Below, piece by piece: positions 1 through 13,183 of a stretch of 32,000 nt of DNA. A program made the translations under genes and the position numbers. The stretch comes from Candidatus Auribacterota bacterium. GTDB taxonomy: Bacteria; Auribacterota; UBA6266. Numbering within the stretch: the first letter of the stretch is position 1; each line of letters opens with the position of its first letter. Where the stretch lies: contig JAGLRQ010000064.1 of NCBI GenBank assembly GCA_023136205.1, forward strand, positions 1 through 32,000, in the 5' to 3' direction. The notes under the pieces were generated by a model that did not search any database, was not told where the DNA came from, and saw nothing but the letters and a program-made list of their open reading frames with translations.

Positions 1-9
1 GTTTTAATA

Positions 10-38
10 TTGACAAACAGGTGGAAGTGCGGTTTAAT
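10..38 (+). promoter_or_regulatory. putative sigma70-type promoter for tRNA-Gly
   Basis: TTGACA at 10-15, a 17-nt spacer, then TTTAAT at 33-38, about 15 nt before the tRNA 5' end. Motif match by eye only. Confidence 0.35.
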
Positions 39-53
39 ATCCATCTTGATTTC

Positions 54-126
54 GCGAGCGTAGCTCAGCTGGTAGAGCACCACGTTGCCAACGTGGATGT
101 CGCCGGTTCGACCCCGGTCGCTCGCT
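54..126 (+). tRNA. tRNA-Gly (anticodon GCC), with encoded CCA at 127-129
   Basis: Hand-folded cloverleaf. Acceptor GCGAGCG/CGCTCGC, D-arm GCTC-AGCTGGTA-GAGC, anticodon stem CCACG/CGTGG with loop TTGCCAA (GCC at 87-89). T-arm GCCGG-TTCGACC-CCGGT, discriminator T126, then CCA. Confidence 0.95.
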
Positions 127-138
127 CCAAAAAAACTG

Positions 139-170
139 CGATCCCAAGGTTTCTTGGGATCGTTTATCTT
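139..170 (+). terminator. rho-independent terminator after tRNA-Gly
   Basis: Perfect 10-bp stem CGATCCCAAG (139-148) / CTTGGGATCG (153-162) with loop GTTT, followed by the T-rich tail TTTATCTT. Confidence 0.75.
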
Positions 171-275
171 CGTCCCAAAATGAGCACTTTTTTAAATAAA
201 AAGGTATGTTATTGCCCGAATTTAGCTGTTTTTTGTTCGAAAAACAGTGGTTTCTCTAAATATTTGCGATTACAT

Positions 276-304
276 TTGACAAAATATTTTTGTTTGGGTA
301 GTAT
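276..304 (+). promoter_or_regulatory. putative sigma70-type promoter for the tig-clpP-clpX-lon cluster
   Basis: TTGACA at 276-281, a 17-nt spacer, then TAGTAT at 299-304, about 90 nt upstream of the tig start. Confidence 0.4.
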
Positions 305-392
305 GTAATTTCTTAAAATATTTAATACTAATACTAACTCGTGTAAACTTTCAAATTTCAATTTCTGGTTTGTAAAGGGGTTTTATAAAAAA

Positions 393-1685
393 ATGGCTAA
401 TAATTTGCAGGTAAAAGTAGAAAAAAGCGCTGGCTGTAGAAGGATTTTAACAGTTGAAGTTCCGGCCGAAAGAGTAAACGAAAAGTACGAAGAAGTAAAA
501 AAATCGGTTACAGAGAGTGCCAATGTGCCGGGTTTCAGAAAAGGAAAAGTTCCCGAAAGTATTATAAACGCGAAATACAGCGATTTAATAAAGAAGGAAA
601 CAATTGAGAGGATACTGCCTGATGTTTATCCTGAAGCTGTTAAAGAATCAGATGAAAATCCGGTAACAGAGCCGGTTATTTCGAAATTGGACTATAACAA
701 GGGTGAGAATCTGAGTTTTGTCGCGGAATTTGATGTTTTTCCGGAATTCAGCCTTCCGAAGTGCGAGGGGATTGATATCAATAAAAAAGTTTTTAAAGTT
801 AAGGATAAAGATGTTGATGATGCCGTGAAGCAGATAATGGAAAGGCAGGCCGGCTTTGATGATGTAAAGGATAGAGGGGCCGCGGCGGGTGATATTGCGG
901 TAGTGGACTATAATGTGACGGTTGGTTCAAAGGTGATAGACAAGCGGAGTAATATATGGATGCCTCTTGAAGAGAAAACCCTCTTTCCGTTAAAGTTCGC
1001 GAATATAAAAGGGATAAAGCCGGGCGAGGAAAAAGAGTTTGAAGATAAAGTGCCTGAAGATTATTTTCAAAAGGAATTTACAGGTGAGGTTGCCGCGGTT
1101 AAATTTAAGTTGATTGGTTTGAAGACAAAAAATATTCCTGAATTAACAGATGGCCTGGTTAAAAAAATGGGGAATTATAAAAATATTGATGAATTCAAAA
1201 AAGGATTAAGGCAATACATAACTTCTGACAGGAACCGGGCTCAGGAAGAGGATGTAAAAAACCAGGTTTTTGAGTATTTTCTTAAAAAAACTTCTTTTGC
1301 TTTACCCCAGTTTGTACTGGAGAGGAATAAAAGCCGTGCTTTTGAGAATATGGTAGAGCATCTGAAAAAACAGGGTATGAAAGACACGGATATAGAAAAA
1401 GAGAAACCTTCCATTGAAAAGGCATCCGCGGAGGAAGCCGAAAAGAACCTCAAAATTGCTTATACAATGAGTAGGATTATTACAGAGAACAAACTTGAGG
1501 CTTCAGATGATGAAGTGAGAAATAAAATTGACGATATCGCGAAACATTCGGGACAGAAAACAGAAGATGTTAAGAAATGTCTGGGAACCAAAGATAAATT
1601 CGAGAACTTAAGATATAGTCTAGAACAAGATAAAGTGATGGAATTTATTTTAAACAAAGCTAAAATAAAAGAAATTAAAGAGTAA
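393..1685 (+). CDS. tig: trigger factor (ribosome-associated chaperone / PPIase)
   Basis: 430 aa. The N-terminal ribosome-binding signature GFRKGKVP is present, length and domain order match, and it sits in the conserved position upstream of clpP-clpX. Confidence 0.93.
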   Translation: MANNLQVKVEKSAGCRRILTVEVPAERVNEKYEEVKKSVTESANVPGFRKGKVPESIINAKYSDLIKKETIERILPDVYPEAVKESDENPVTEPVISKLDYNKGENLSFVAEFDVFPEFSLPKCEGIDINKKVFKVKDKDVDDAVKQIMERQAGFDDVKDRGAAAGDIAVVDYNVTVGSKVIDKRSNIWMPLEEKTLFPLKFANIKGIKPGEEKEFEDKVPEDYFQKEFTGEVAAVKFKLIGLKTKNIPELTDGLVKKMGNYKNIDEFKKGLRQYITSDRNRAQEEDVKNQVFEYFLKKTSFALPQFVLERNKSRAFENMVEHLKKQGMKDTDIEKEKPSIEKASAEEAEKNLKIAYTMSRIITENKLEASDDEVRNKIDDIAKHSGQKTEDVKKCLGTKDKFENLRYSLEQDKVMEFILNKAKIKEIKE

Positions 1686-1697
1686 GGAGGTAACCAT

Positions 1698-2291
1698 ATG
1701 CCACTTGTTCCTATTGTGGTTGAACAATCCGGCAGGACAGAACGTTCCTATGATATTTTTTCAAGGCTTTTAAAGGATAGGATTATTTTTCTTGGGACGG
1801 CTATAGATGACAATGTTGCTAATCTGGTAATCGCTCAAATGCTGTTTTTGCAGACTGAGAATCCTGAACGGGATATAAACCTCTATGTCAATTCTCCAGG
1901 GGGTTCCGCGACCGCGGGGTTAGCGATTTATGACACTATGCAGTTTTTAAAATGTGATATAACGACCTATTGCATGGGGCAGGCTGCGAGCGCGGCCGCG
2001 ATTCTTCTTGCCTCAGGCGCGTCTGGTAAAAGGTATGCTCTTCCAAATTCAAGAATTATGCTTCACCAGCCCTGGGGAGGAGCGGAAGGTTCAGCATCGG
2101 ATATTAATATAAGGGCAAAGGAAATTACACGTTTAAAAGAACTTATTAACGATGTTCTTGTGAAACATACCGGACAAGACAGGAAAAAAATTGAGGAAGA
2201 TACCGACCGTGACTTTTTTATGTCAGCTGAAGAAGCAAAAAAGTACGGTGTTATTGACGAAGTTATTTTTCCTAAACATAAAAAAAAGTAG
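1698..2291 (+). CDS. clpP: ATP-dependent Clp protease proteolytic subunit
   Basis: 197 aa. Ser-His-Asp contexts are [17 protein letters not shown] and [16 protein letters not shown] lies upstream at about 1686. Confidence 0.97.
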   Translation: MPLVPIVVEQSGRTERSYDIFSRLLKDRIIFLGTAIDDNVANLVIAQMLFLQTENPERDINLYVNSPGGSATAGLAIYDTMQFLKCDITTYCMGQAASAAAILLASGASGKRYALPNSRIMLHQPWGGAEGSASDINIRAKEITRLKELINDVLVKHTGQDRKKIEEDTDRDFFMSAEEAKKYGVIDEVIFPKHKKK

Positions 2292-2299
2292 GCTGAAAT

Positions 2300-3565
2300 A
2301 TGAAAAAAGGTACTAGAGGCAATAAACCGCACAGATGTTCATTTTGCGGCAGGGAGCAGTCCAGTACAAAGATTATAGTATCAGGTGTTGGTACAAATAT
2401 CTGCGAGGAATGTGTCAAAATCTGTTCACGGATACTGGCTGGCGAGAAAAACAGCGCCGCGAAAATAGAGAAAGAAGAGGACTTGCCTAAGCTGGTTGTC
2501 CCGAAACCCGCTGTTTTAAAAAAACAGCTGGATGAGTATGTTGTAGGCCAGGAACACGCCAAGAAAATCATATCTGTTGCTGTTCATAATCATTATAAAC
2601 GGATAGATGCTGATAATTTCCGCGATGACGATGTGGACGTGGAATTGGATAAAAGTAATATTTTGATGATCGGCCCTACCGGCAGCGGAAAGACATTGAT
2701 GGCCAGGACACTTGCAAGGATACTGGATGTTCCTTTTGCGATTGTGGATGCCACGACCTTAACAGAGGCCGGGTATGTCGGAGAAGATGTTGAAAATGTG
2801 ATTTTAAAACTTCTGCAGGCTGCTGACTATAATAAGAAGCGGGCCGAAATAGGCATAGTATATATTGATGAGATTGATAAAATAGGCAGAACCTCAAATA
2901 ATGTATCTATAACAAGAGACGTTTCCGGTGAAGGCGTTCAGCAGGCACTGCTAAAAATCCTTGAAGGGACAGTTGCGAATGTTCCTCCGCAGGGTGGACG
3001 CAAACACCCTCATCAGCAATATATCCAGGTTGATACAACCAATATTCTTTTTATTTGCGGCGGCGCGTTTGTTAATCTTGAAGAAGTAATCAGCAGGCGA
3101 ATTGGAAAGAAGATTATAGGGTTTAATTCCATAAAAGAATTGACGAGTGTTAAGAGGGACAATATTGTCGGCCTTGCTGAACCCGAGGATCTTATAAAAT
3201 ACGGGATGATTCCTGAGTTTGTCGGCAGGCTTCCTGTTCTTGCCGATTTTAGAAAACTTACCGAAAGCGATCTGATTAGGATTCTTACCGAACCCAAAAA
3301 CGCTCTTATAAAACAGTACAGAAAACTTCTCTCAACTGAAGATGTAAACCTTGTTTTTGAAGAAGGTTCCATTGAAGCAATAGCTAAAAAGGCTGCATTA
3401 AAGGGAACCGGTGCCAGAGGCTTGAGGAATATTGTAGAATCAATTATGATGGAAGTTATGTATGAAATCCCTTCTATGAAGAATGTTAAAGAGGTTGTGA
3501 TTACCACCGATACAGTAGAGAAGAAAAGCGAACCTGAATTCATAAAACATAAAAAAATAGCATAG
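2300..3565 (+). CDS. clpX: ATP-dependent Clp protease ATP-binding subunit ClpX
   Basis: 421 aa. N-terminal zinc finger CSFCG...CEEC, Walker A GPTGSGKT, Walker [10 protein letters not shown], and sensor/IGF-loop region. Confidence 0.97.
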   Translation: MKKGTRGNKPHRCSFCGREQSSTKIIVSGVGTNICEECVKICSRILAGEKNSAAKIEKEEDLPKLVVPKPAVLKKQLDEYVVGQEHAKKIISVAVHNHYKRIDADNFRDDDVDVELDKSNILMIGPTGSGKTLMARTLARILDVPFAIVDATTLTEAGYVGEDVENVILKLLQAADYNKKRAEIGIVYIDEIDKIGRTSNNVSITRDVSGEGVQQALLKILEGTVANVPPQGGRKHPHQQYIQVDTTNILFICGGAFVNLEEVISRRIGKKIIGFNSIKELTSVKRDNIVGLAEPEDLIKYGMIPEFVGRLPVLADFRKLTESDLIRILTEPKNALIKQYRKLLSTEDVNLVFEEGSIEAIAKKAALKGTGARGLRNIVESIMMEVMYEIPSMKNVKEVVITTDTVEKKSEPEFIKHKKIA

Positions 3566-3571
3566 GCCTAT

Positions 3572-5935
3572 ATGGCAAAGATAGAACAGCAGAAAACAAA
3601 AAGAAAATCTTTAAGAGAGGAATTCGGGGATACTTTTTCACTTCTTCCTCTCCGGGATATTGTTGTTTTCCCGTCTATGGTAGTGCCTTTATTGGTCGGC
3701 AGGGAAAAATCACTTGCCGCCATTGAGCATGCGATGATGGAAAACAAGGTTCTGGTGCTGGCAACACAAATTGACAGCGAGAAAGATGAACCTTTGCCCG
3801 GTGACCTTTATAAAATCGGCACAGCATCAAAAATACTTCAGGTCCTTAAGCTTCCTGACGGTTCTGCCAAAGTTCTCATTGAAGGTTATAAGAGAATAAC
3901 CATCTTAAAATATTTATCTACGGAAAAGATGTTTAAGGTGAAGGCCGAGGAGGTATATGTTGATGTCCCGAAAAACAATAAAATAGAAGCTTTGATGAGG
4001 TCCACGACAAGTTTATTTGAAAAATATGTAAACTTAAACCCCAGGATACCTAACGAAATAATGTCTGCCGTTTATGATATTGAGGATATTGACCGCCTGT
4101 CCGATTCAGTAGCTTCGCATATAATGGTAAAAATAAACGATAAGCATAAAGTTCTTGAGATCAAAGATCCTGTTCAAAGGCTTAAAAAATTAGGGGAGAT
4201 TCTAAATTCCGAGATAGAAATCTTACAGATAGAGAGAGAAATCACAGGCCAGGTTAGAAAGCAAATAGAACAGAGCCAGAAAAATTATTATCTTCATGAG
4301 CAGATGAAGGCTATTGAAAAAGAATTGGGCAAAGAGGGTGAATATGTCGGTGAGCTCAAGGAAATAAAAAATAAGATTGAAGCTGCCGGGATGCCTGACT
4401 CCGCGAAGAAAATCGCTTTAAAAGAACTGAACAAGCTTGAGAAGGTTATGCCTGTTTCTCCTGAAGCAACAGTAGTAAGGAATTATTTAGACTGGCTGGT
4501 CGAATTGCCGTGGTCTAAAACAACAAAAGACAATCTTGACCTTAAAAACGCGGAGAAAATACTGGAAGAAGATCATTATGGCTTGAAGAAACCCAAAGAA
4601 AGGATTCTCGAATATCTGGCAGTGAAAAAACTTACCGGCGGGACAAAAGGGCAGATCTTATGTCTCTCAGGCCCTCCGGGTGTTGGTAAGACTTCTCTCG
4701 CGAAATCCATTGCCCGCGCGTTGGGAAGGAATTTTGTAAGAATTTCACTTGGCGGAGTAAGGGATGAAGCGGAAATCAGGGGGCACAGAAGAACTTATAT
4801 AGGATCTCTTCCCGGCAGGATAATTCAGTCTTTAAAAAAGACAAGGACAAAGAATCCTGTTTTTCTTCTCGATGAGATTGATAAGCTGTCAAAAGATTTT
4901 CATGGGGATCCTTCTGCCGCTCTTCTTGAGGTTCTGGACCCGGAACAGAATAGTACTTTCAATGACCACTATCTGGAAGTTGATTTTGATTTGTCCCATG
5001 TTATGTTTATTACCACCGCGAATATTCCGGATATGATACATCCTACCCTGAGAGACAGGATGGAAGTAATTGAGCTCCCCGGGTATACCGATTGGGAAAA
5101 AGTGAAAATTGCTGAAGATTTTCTTGTCAAAAAGCAGTTAAAAGAACATGGATTAGTGTCCGGCAAGGTTATTTTTTCCACCGAAGCGTTAAAAACTATT
5201 ATAATAAGTTTTACCAGGGAAGCGGGTGTTCGCGAGTTAGAAAGGACAATAGCTGCGATATGCAGAAAAGTTGCCATGGAATTTGTTAGAAACGGCATAA
5301 AAAAGCGTAAAATTATAACAAAAAAATCGGTTTTAAGATACTTGCATGTTCCCAAGTATTCTTATGAAAAGAAGGAGCATAAAAGTGATGTCGGAGTTGC
5401 TACAGGCCTGGCATGGACTCAGGCCGGCGGAGATATTATAAAAATTGAAACAGTATTGATGCCGGGAAAGGGAGAGCTTATGCTTACGGGCCAGCTTGGA
5501 GAGGTTATGCAGGAATCTGCCCGGGCGGCTTTGAGTTTTATAAGGACAAGAAGTAAAGATGTGAAAGTTTCAAAGGATGTTCATAAAAACAAGGATATTC
5601 ATGTCCACGTTCCGGAGGGTGCTATACCGAAGGATGGCCCTTCAGCGGGAATAACCATGGCAACAGCCCTCTATTCGGCTATAACAGGAATACCGGTTAG
5701 AAGTGATATCGCTATGACCGGAGAAATTACCTTGAGAGGAAAAGTTCTTGCCGTAGGCGGAATAAAGGAAAAAGTGCTTGCGGCTCACAGGGCAAAGCTG
5801 AGAAAGATTATAATCCCTAAGCTGAACTCAAAAGATCTAATGGAAATACCCTCTAAAATTAAAAAAGATTTAAAATTTATACTTGTTGAGAAAATGGATC
5901 AGGTATTACAATACGCCTGTGTTAAACAAAAATAA
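3572..5935 (+). CDS. lon: Lon protease (LonA type)
   Basis: 787 aa. LON N-terminal domain, Walker A GPPGVGKTS, catalytic Ser context DGPSAGITM and Lys context GGIKEKVLAA. Confidence 0.97.
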   Translation: MAKIEQQKTKRKSLREEFGDTFSLLPLRDIVVFPSMVVPLLVGREKSLAAIEHAMMENKVLVLATQIDSEKDEPLPGDLYKIGTASKILQVLKLPDGSAKVLIEGYKRITILKYLSTEKMFKVKAEEVYVDVPKNNKIEALMRSTTSLFEKYVNLNPRIPNEIMSAVYDIEDIDRLSDSVASHIMVKINDKHKVLEIKDPVQRLKKLGEILNSEIEILQIEREITGQVRKQIEQSQKNYYLHEQMKAIEKELGKEGEYVGELKEIKNKIEAAGMPDSAKKIALKELNKLEKVMPVSPEATVVRNYLDWLVELPWSKTTKDNLDLKNAEKILEEDHYGLKKPKERILEYLAVKKLTGGTKGQILCLSGPPGVGKTSLAKSIARALGRNFVRISLGGVRDEAEIRGHRRTYIGSLPGRIIQSLKKTRTKNPVFLLDEIDKLSKDFHGDPSAALLEVLDPEQNSTFNDHYLEVDFDLSHVMFITTANIPDMIHPTLRDRMEVIELPGYTDWEKVKIAEDFLVKKQLKEHGLVSGKVIFSTEALKTIIISFTREAGVRELERTIAAICRKVAMEFVRNGIKKRKIITKKSVLRYLHVPKYSYEKKEHKSDVGVATGLAWTQAGGDIIKIETVLMPGKGELMLTGQLGEVMQESARAALSFIRTRSKDVKVSKDVHKNKDIHVHVPEGAIPKDGPSAGITMATALYSAITGIPVRSDIAMTGEITLRGKVLAVGGIKEKVLAAHRAKLRKIIIPKLNSKDLMEIPSKIKKDLKFILVEKMDQVLQYACVKQK

Positions 5936-5951
5936 ATCAGGAGATAACAAT

Positions 5952-7097
5952 ATGAAGAAAGAATTCCTGCTTGCTCCCGGGCCTTCCCAGGTGCCTGCTG
6001 AAACATTATTAGAGATGGCAAAACCGGTTTTTCACCATCGGACAAAAAGATTCCAAAACATATTTGCCGAAGTTCAGGAAGGGCTGAAGTATGTTTTTCA
6101 GACTAAAAATCCTGTTCTTGTGTTTGCTTCTTCCGGGACCGGCGCGATGGAAGGATCTGTCTCCAGCGTGCTTTCACCGGGGGATAAAGCTATAACAGTT
6201 ACCGGCGGTAAGTTCGGACAGAGATGGAAAAACCTTTGTAAGGCTTTTGGCGCGGAGGCGATAGAACTTACGGTTGAATGGGGAAAAAGTGTCGATCCTG
6301 AAACTATTAAAGATCTGCTTCAACAACATAAAGATGTAAAAGCCGTTTACGTCACTCTTGTAGAAACTTCCACAGGAACATTAGCTGATATCCGCAAGAT
6401 AGGTGAGATAGTAAAAGATACCGGCGCGATTTTGGTGGTTGACGCGGTAAGCGGCCTTGGCGCCGATAAACTTCTTACAGATGAATGGAATGTAGATATA
6501 GCTGTAGCCGGCTCGCAGAAAGCGCTTATGCTTCCTCCGGGGCTTGCTTTCGCGGCCGTGAGTGAAAAAGCATGGAAGGCCATTGAGAACGCGAAGACAT
6601 CTAATTTCTATTTCAACTATAAGAAAGCTAAAGCTTCTCTTGATAAGAATGACACAGCCTTTACTCCTGCTGTAACTCTGATTATCGGGCTTAAGAAATC
6701 GCTGGATATGATAAAAGAGGAAACAATAGAAAAGGTCTGGAAGAGGCACGCGGATAATGCCGCGTCAATGAGGTCTGCTGTTGAGGCCATAGGATTAAAA
6801 CTTTTTTCCTCAAACCCCGCGAATGCTGTGACCGCGGTTGTTCTTCCTGAAGGTGTTGACGGCCTTGCTTTTGTGAAAAAAATACGTGATGAATACGGTG
6901 TGACCATGGCAGGTGGGCAGGATCATGTGAAAGGTAAAATATTCAGGGTTGCCCAGATGGGATACGCGAATCAGTTTGATACAGTGGTTGCTTCTTCTGC
7001 TGTGGAGATGGTTCTTTCCGAACTGGGATATAAATTTGATAAGGGATCCGCGACGAAAGCCGCGGTTGCCGAGCTTATAAAAAGAGGAGTTAAATAA
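5952..7097 (+). CDS. class-V (AGXT-type) PLP-dependent aminotransferase, probable non-canonical phosphoserine aminotransferase
   Basis: The PLP-lysine motif GSQKALMLPPG is typical of class V. The ATG at 5952 is preceded by the SD CAGGAGA, whereas the track start at 5883 overlaps the lon 3' end. Its stop codon abuts the serA start. Confidence 0.85.
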   Translation: MKKEFLLAPGPSQVPAETLLEMAKPVFHHRTKRFQNIFAEVQEGLKYVFQTKNPVLVFASSGTGAMEGSVSSVLSPGDKAITVTGGKFGQRWKNLCKAFGAEAIELTVEWGKSVDPETIKDLLQQHKDVKAVYVTLVETSTGTLADIRKIGEIVKDTGAILVVDAVSGLGADKLLTDEWNVDIAVAGSQKALMLPPGLAFAAVSEKAWKAIENAKTSNFYFNYKKAKASLDKNDTAFTPAVTLIIGLKKSLDMIKEETIEKVWKRHADNAASMRSAVEAIGLKLFSSNPANAVTAVVLPEGVDGLAFVKKIRDEYGVTMAGGQDHVKGKIFRVAQMGYANQFDTVVASSAVEMVLSELGYKFDKGSATKAAVAELIKRGVK

Positions 7098-9966
<2,869 letters not shown>

Positions 9967-9974
9967 TTTTTATA

Positions 9975-10004
9975 TTGACACAAACATTACTATTGTGTGA
10001 TATT
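9975..10004 (+). promoter_or_regulatory. putative promoter for the first OMP gene
   Basis: TTGACA at 9975-9980, followed about 17-18 nt later by TGtGATATT, an extended -10-like sequence. Weak call by eye. Confidence 0.3.
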
Positions 10005-10053
10005 TATACGGTTTTAACCTACTGTCATTGTCATTTTAAAAGGAGGGCATGAA

Positions 10054-10653
10054 GTGAAAAATGTAATGTTAATTGCAGTTGCGTTGTTGCTTGTAACAAG
10101 TTTTGCATCTGCCGATGGATTGCTTGATGGGGACGAGGTTCTTGAGTGTTCATATCTTAAAGGGTTTGCGTCCTGGGCAGAGCCAACAGATAATGATTTA
10201 AAAAGCGGACTTTATGTCGGCGGCGCCGCGGGATTGGACCTGAATACTTATTTAGCTTTAGAATTTGAAGCAGGGTATTATAAAAACGATGTAAAAGACA
10301 TCGAGGGAATCGATGGTGGAAATGTTTCTACGGTTCCATTACTTTTTAATGCCATTATTGGTTATCCTGCTACGGACATGATTTATCCCTATGGTGTTGT
10401 GGGGCTCGGCGCTGGAATTAATAATTGGAATGATGCTGCCGGCGGCATAGATACCGATGCGGATAGTTCCTTAATCGCTAAATTCGGCATTGGCTGTGAT
10501 TTTTATGTAAATGAAAACGTTGCCCTGTATGTTGAAGGAGCGTATATAATAAACAGAGCCGATCTAACTGCCAAGTCGGGTGGTTTATCGGCAACCGAAA
10601 AAGTAAAGCTTGATACCTGGCTTTTAGGCGGCGGTTTAAAATACCATTTCTAA
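10054..10653 (+). CDS. small outer-membrane beta-barrel protein (OmpW/OmpA-barrel-like), paralog A
   Basis: GTG start after the SD AAGGAGGG. Signal peptide ends in SFASA-DG. Alternating beta-strand pattern with a C-terminal GGGLKYHF ending in Phe, the usual OMP signature. Confidence 0.8.
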   Translation: MKNVMLIAVALLLVTSFASADGLLDGDEVLECSYLKGFASWAEPTDNDLKSGLYVGGAAGLDLNTYLALEFEAGYYKNDVKDIEGIDGGNVSTVPLLFNAIIGYPATDMIYPYGVVGLGAGINNWNDAAGGIDTDADSSLIAKFGIGCDFYVNENVALYVEGAYIINRADLTAKSGGLSATEKVKLDTWLLGGGLKYHF

Positions 10654-10674
10654 ATTTTTTACTATATCTAAAAA

Positions 10675-10704
10675 GGGGGCAGAGAAATCTGCTCCTTTTT
10701 TTTT
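10675..10704 (+). terminator. rho-independent terminator
   Basis: GGGGGCAGA-gaaa-TCTGCTCC hairpin followed by a T9 run at 10696-10704. Confidence 0.8.
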
Positions 10705-10851
10705 GTCTTATCAATTATTATTTTGACAAGTGAGAGGATGTTTTTATAGGATATACCTCACATACTGATATATAGGCATAATTGTTTGGAAATTTTAGGG
10801 AATACATTATTTGTAGTAAATGTAGAGTAATTTACTGTAAAGGATACGAAA

Positions 10852-11814
10852 ATGAAACTAATAAGGATTGTGAGTGTGGTTTTAGCATTTGTTTTTTCAG
10901 GATGTGCAACTGTATCACAAAGAACAAAACCTGTGGAATCGCCTGTTGGAAGAACTGAGCAATTAGAAGCACAGAAAGAGATTTCTATTCCCAAAACAAA
11001 AAATTATAAAAGGAAAATAGCTATCGCCAGATTTAGCAATGAAACGAATTACGGCAGAACATTAATGAGTGACGAGTTTCTGGATAACGTAGGCAAACAA
11101 GCGTCCGATATGCTTGCAGTCCAGTTAATTAAATCAGGTAAATTTTTGGTTCTTGAAAGGCCGGATTTAGAAAGGTTGCAAAAGGAACAAAAGATTTCGG
11201 AAACCAACGATCTTATCGGTGTTGATGCTCTTATATTAGGTTCTGTGACTGAATTTGGAAGATCTGTAGGAGGAAAATCAGGATTTTTAAGCAGAACAAA
11301 ATTGCAGACAGCAAGGGCGAAGGTCAGCATTAGACTTGTTGATCAACAGACAGGACATGCGTTTTTCTCGGCCGTCGGGGCCGGAGAGGCAAGTACTGAA
11401 TCTGGTGAAGTTGCCGGCTATGGCAGCCAGGCTGCATATGATGCAACTTTAAATGATAGAGCAATATCGGTTGCTATATCAGATGTAATTGATAATATTA
11501 TAACGACTTTGGAAAAACGCCCCTGGCGAACAGATATTTTAGATATACAGGACGATAATATCTTTGTTAGCGGGGGAAGATTACAAGGGTTGAAAGTTGG
11601 AGATATGTTAATCGTAATGAAGAGAACCAAAGTTGTAAAAAGCAAACAAAGTGGGTTTAACATAGAACTGCCCCCCGAGAAGATCGCAACCGTAAAAGTT
11701 GTCAAGCTATTTGGAGACAACGAAGTAAACGAAGGGTCAGTCTGCAATCTTGTAAGTGGAGCCATAGATGAAACCATGTTAAAAGATATCTTTGTGGAAG
11801 GAATGGAAAGGTAA
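10852..11814 (+). CDS. CsgG/HfaB-family (LpoB-like) lipoprotein
   Basis: Lipobox VFSGC. The core IAIARFSNETNYG...DMLAVQLIKSGKFLVLERPDLERLQKEQ is typical of the CsgG fold (COG1462). It carries an extra C-terminal beta domain. Confidence 0.75.
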   Translation: MKLIRIVSVVLAFVFSGCATVSQRTKPVESPVGRTEQLEAQKEISIPKTKNYKRKIAIARFSNETNYGRTLMSDEFLDNVGKQASDMLAVQLIKSGKFLVLERPDLERLQKEQKISETNDLIGVDALILGSVTEFGRSVGGKSGFLSRTKLQTARAKVSIRLVDQQTGHAFFSAVGAGEASTESGEVAGYGSQAAYDATLNDRAISVAISDVIDNIITTLEKRPWRTDILDIQDDNIFVSGGRLQGLKVGDMLIVMKRTKVVKSKQSGFNIELPPEKIATVKVVKLFGDNEVNEGSVCNLVSGAIDETMLKDIFVEGMER

Positions 11815-12117
11815 ATGAAAACTATATCATCACTATTATTAATCATTTTGTTAGTTTCGGGATGTGCGGGGTCTTCTACTCAGGTAGTTACCGATGATAC
11901 TCGTCCAACCCTGGCATTTAAAGGTGCTCCAAGATATTCTACCCTATATATCGATGGTTTAAGAATTGGGAATACAAATGATTATAATGGTAAGCCGGAC
12001 GTGTTGATGGTTGAATCTGGGACTCATTATGTTGTAATTGAATCGAGAGATGGAAGCAAGCTTTATTCTAAAGAAATATTTGTGGGAAGCGGGTTAAAAA
12101 TTATACATCTTAAATGA
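11815..12117 (+). CDS. small lipoprotein with PEGA-like beta-sandwich
   Basis: Lipobox LVSGC. The pattern GAP..STLYIDGLRIGNT...ESGTHYVVIE resembles a PEGA domain. Its start abuts the upstream stop codon. Confidence 0.6.
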   Translation: MKTISSLLLIILLVSGCAGSSTQVVTDDTRPTLAFKGAPRYSTLYIDGLRIGNTNDYNGKPDVLMVESGTHYVVIESRDGSKLYSKEIFVGSGLKIIHLK

Positions 12118-12500
12118 TAAGGAATGCTATGAAGAGAGGGTTTTTTTTATTTTTTATTTTGAGTTATTTTGTGTTTTCCGGCTGTGCTTCTCAAATGTAT
12201 GCCTGGAAAAATTATGAATCTTCTTTATATAAATATTATAAAGATCCAACACAGAAAGAGAGATTTATAAAAAATCTGGAAAAAATAATTAAAAAATCGG
12301 AAAGGAAGGGGAAAGTTCCTCCTGGAATTTATGCCGAATATGGATATATGCTTTATGAATCACAAAGATATCCGGATGCTATTGTATATTTTCAAAAAGA
12401 AAAGAACTTGTGGCCGGAATCGCAATGTTTTATGAACAAAATGATCGAAAACGCGGAAAGAATGATGGATAATACTTTTGCAGTTGTGGTAGAAGAATAA
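12114..12500 (+). CDS. DUF4810-like lipoprotein
   Basis: Lipobox VFSGC, then WKNYESSLYKYYKDP. Assigned from memory of the CsgG/DUF4810/DUF799 gene triad. The start may instead be the ATG at 12129 (MKRGFF). The 12114 start overlaps the upstream stop in an ATGA. Confidence 0.6.
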   Translation: MIRNAMKRGFFLFFILSYFVFSGCASQMYAWKNYESSLYKYYKDPTQKERFIKNLEKIIKKSERKGKVPPGIYAEYGYMLYESQRYPDAIVYFQKEKNLWPESQCFMNKMIENAERMMDNTFAVVVEE

Positions 12501-12507
12501 GATAGGG

Positions 12508-13143
12508 ATGATAAAAATGGCAAAAAGATTTTTAATATTTGCATTATTGTTTTTTGTGAGCGGGTGTGCAACAACCGTGAAAAAAGATTATACAAAGTTT
12601 ATGTCCGCAAACCCCAGGTCTATTTTAATAGTTCCGGTTGTCAATGAAACTGTAGATGTCGATGCGCCTGATTACTTTTTATCTACCATTTCTGTGCCTG
12701 TTTCAGAGCAAGGATATTATGTTTTTCCTGTGCATATGGTAAAGAGAGTGTTGGAGGATGATGGGTTGTCAGATGCGGATTTGGTTCACAGTGCGTCAAC
12801 TGAAAAATTGTGTGAATTATTTGGATCCGATGCTGTCCTGTATATCAAAATTAAGCGTTGGGATGCTCAATATGCGTTAATTGCAACAACGGTAACGGTA
12901 GGACTAGAATATATTATAAAAGATGGGAAAACAGGGGTTGTTTTATGGCAGGAGGACTCTGTAGTGAGATATACCTCTCAAGGTGCCGGCTCCGGGAATT
13001 TGCTGGCGGATGTTATTATAGTGGCAGTGAATGCTGCGATGACTAAAGCAGCACCTAATTATATTCCACTTGCAAAACAGGCAAACGAACAGGTTTTTGT
13101 ATATCCTGGACCTGGAATTCCTCCAGGCCCTTATAAAAAATAA
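12508..13143 (+). CDS. DUF799 (GNA1162-like) lipoprotein
   Basis: Lipobox FVSGC, then RSILIVPVVNETVDVDAPDYFLSTISVPVSEQGYYVFPV. About 210 aa and in the expected position within the CsgG-like cluster. The alternative start is 12517. Confidence 0.65.
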   Translation: MIKMAKRFLIFALLFFVSGCATTVKKDYTKFMSANPRSILIVPVVNETVDVDAPDYFLSTISVPVSEQGYYVFPVHMVKRVLEDDGLSDADLVHSASTEKLCELFGSDAVLYIKIKRWDAQYALIATTVTVGLEYIIKDGKTGVVLWQEDSVVRYTSQGAGSGNLLADVIIVAVNAAMTKAAPNYIPLAKQANEQVFVYPGPGIPPGPYKK

Positions 13144-13183
13144 ATAGAAAATGCTTCGTTAAACTAAGATAGGAGTATGTAAC

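Noticed and set aside
21-308. 95-aa + strand ORF at the start of the window
   Set aside because: It reads straight through the tRNA-Gly gene (54-126) and its terminator. It has no SD and a low-complexity product, so it is a spurious ORF.
5883-5951. Upstream extension of the aminotransferase ORF, using the track start at 5883
   Set aside because: The extension overlaps the last 53 nt of lon and adds a non-conserved Asn/Lys-rich peptide. The ATG at 5952 has a proper SD (CAGGAGA) and begins the conserved MKKEFLLAPGP N-terminus.
10478-13046. Track ORFs overlapping the envelope cluster: minus-strand 10478-10714, 10758-10994, 11049-11330, 11418-11846 and 12392-12595, plus the alternate + frame ORF 12858-13046
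   Set aside because: They overlap better-supported lipoprotein or OMP genes, a terminator or a promoter region. None has a recognisable motif or an SD.
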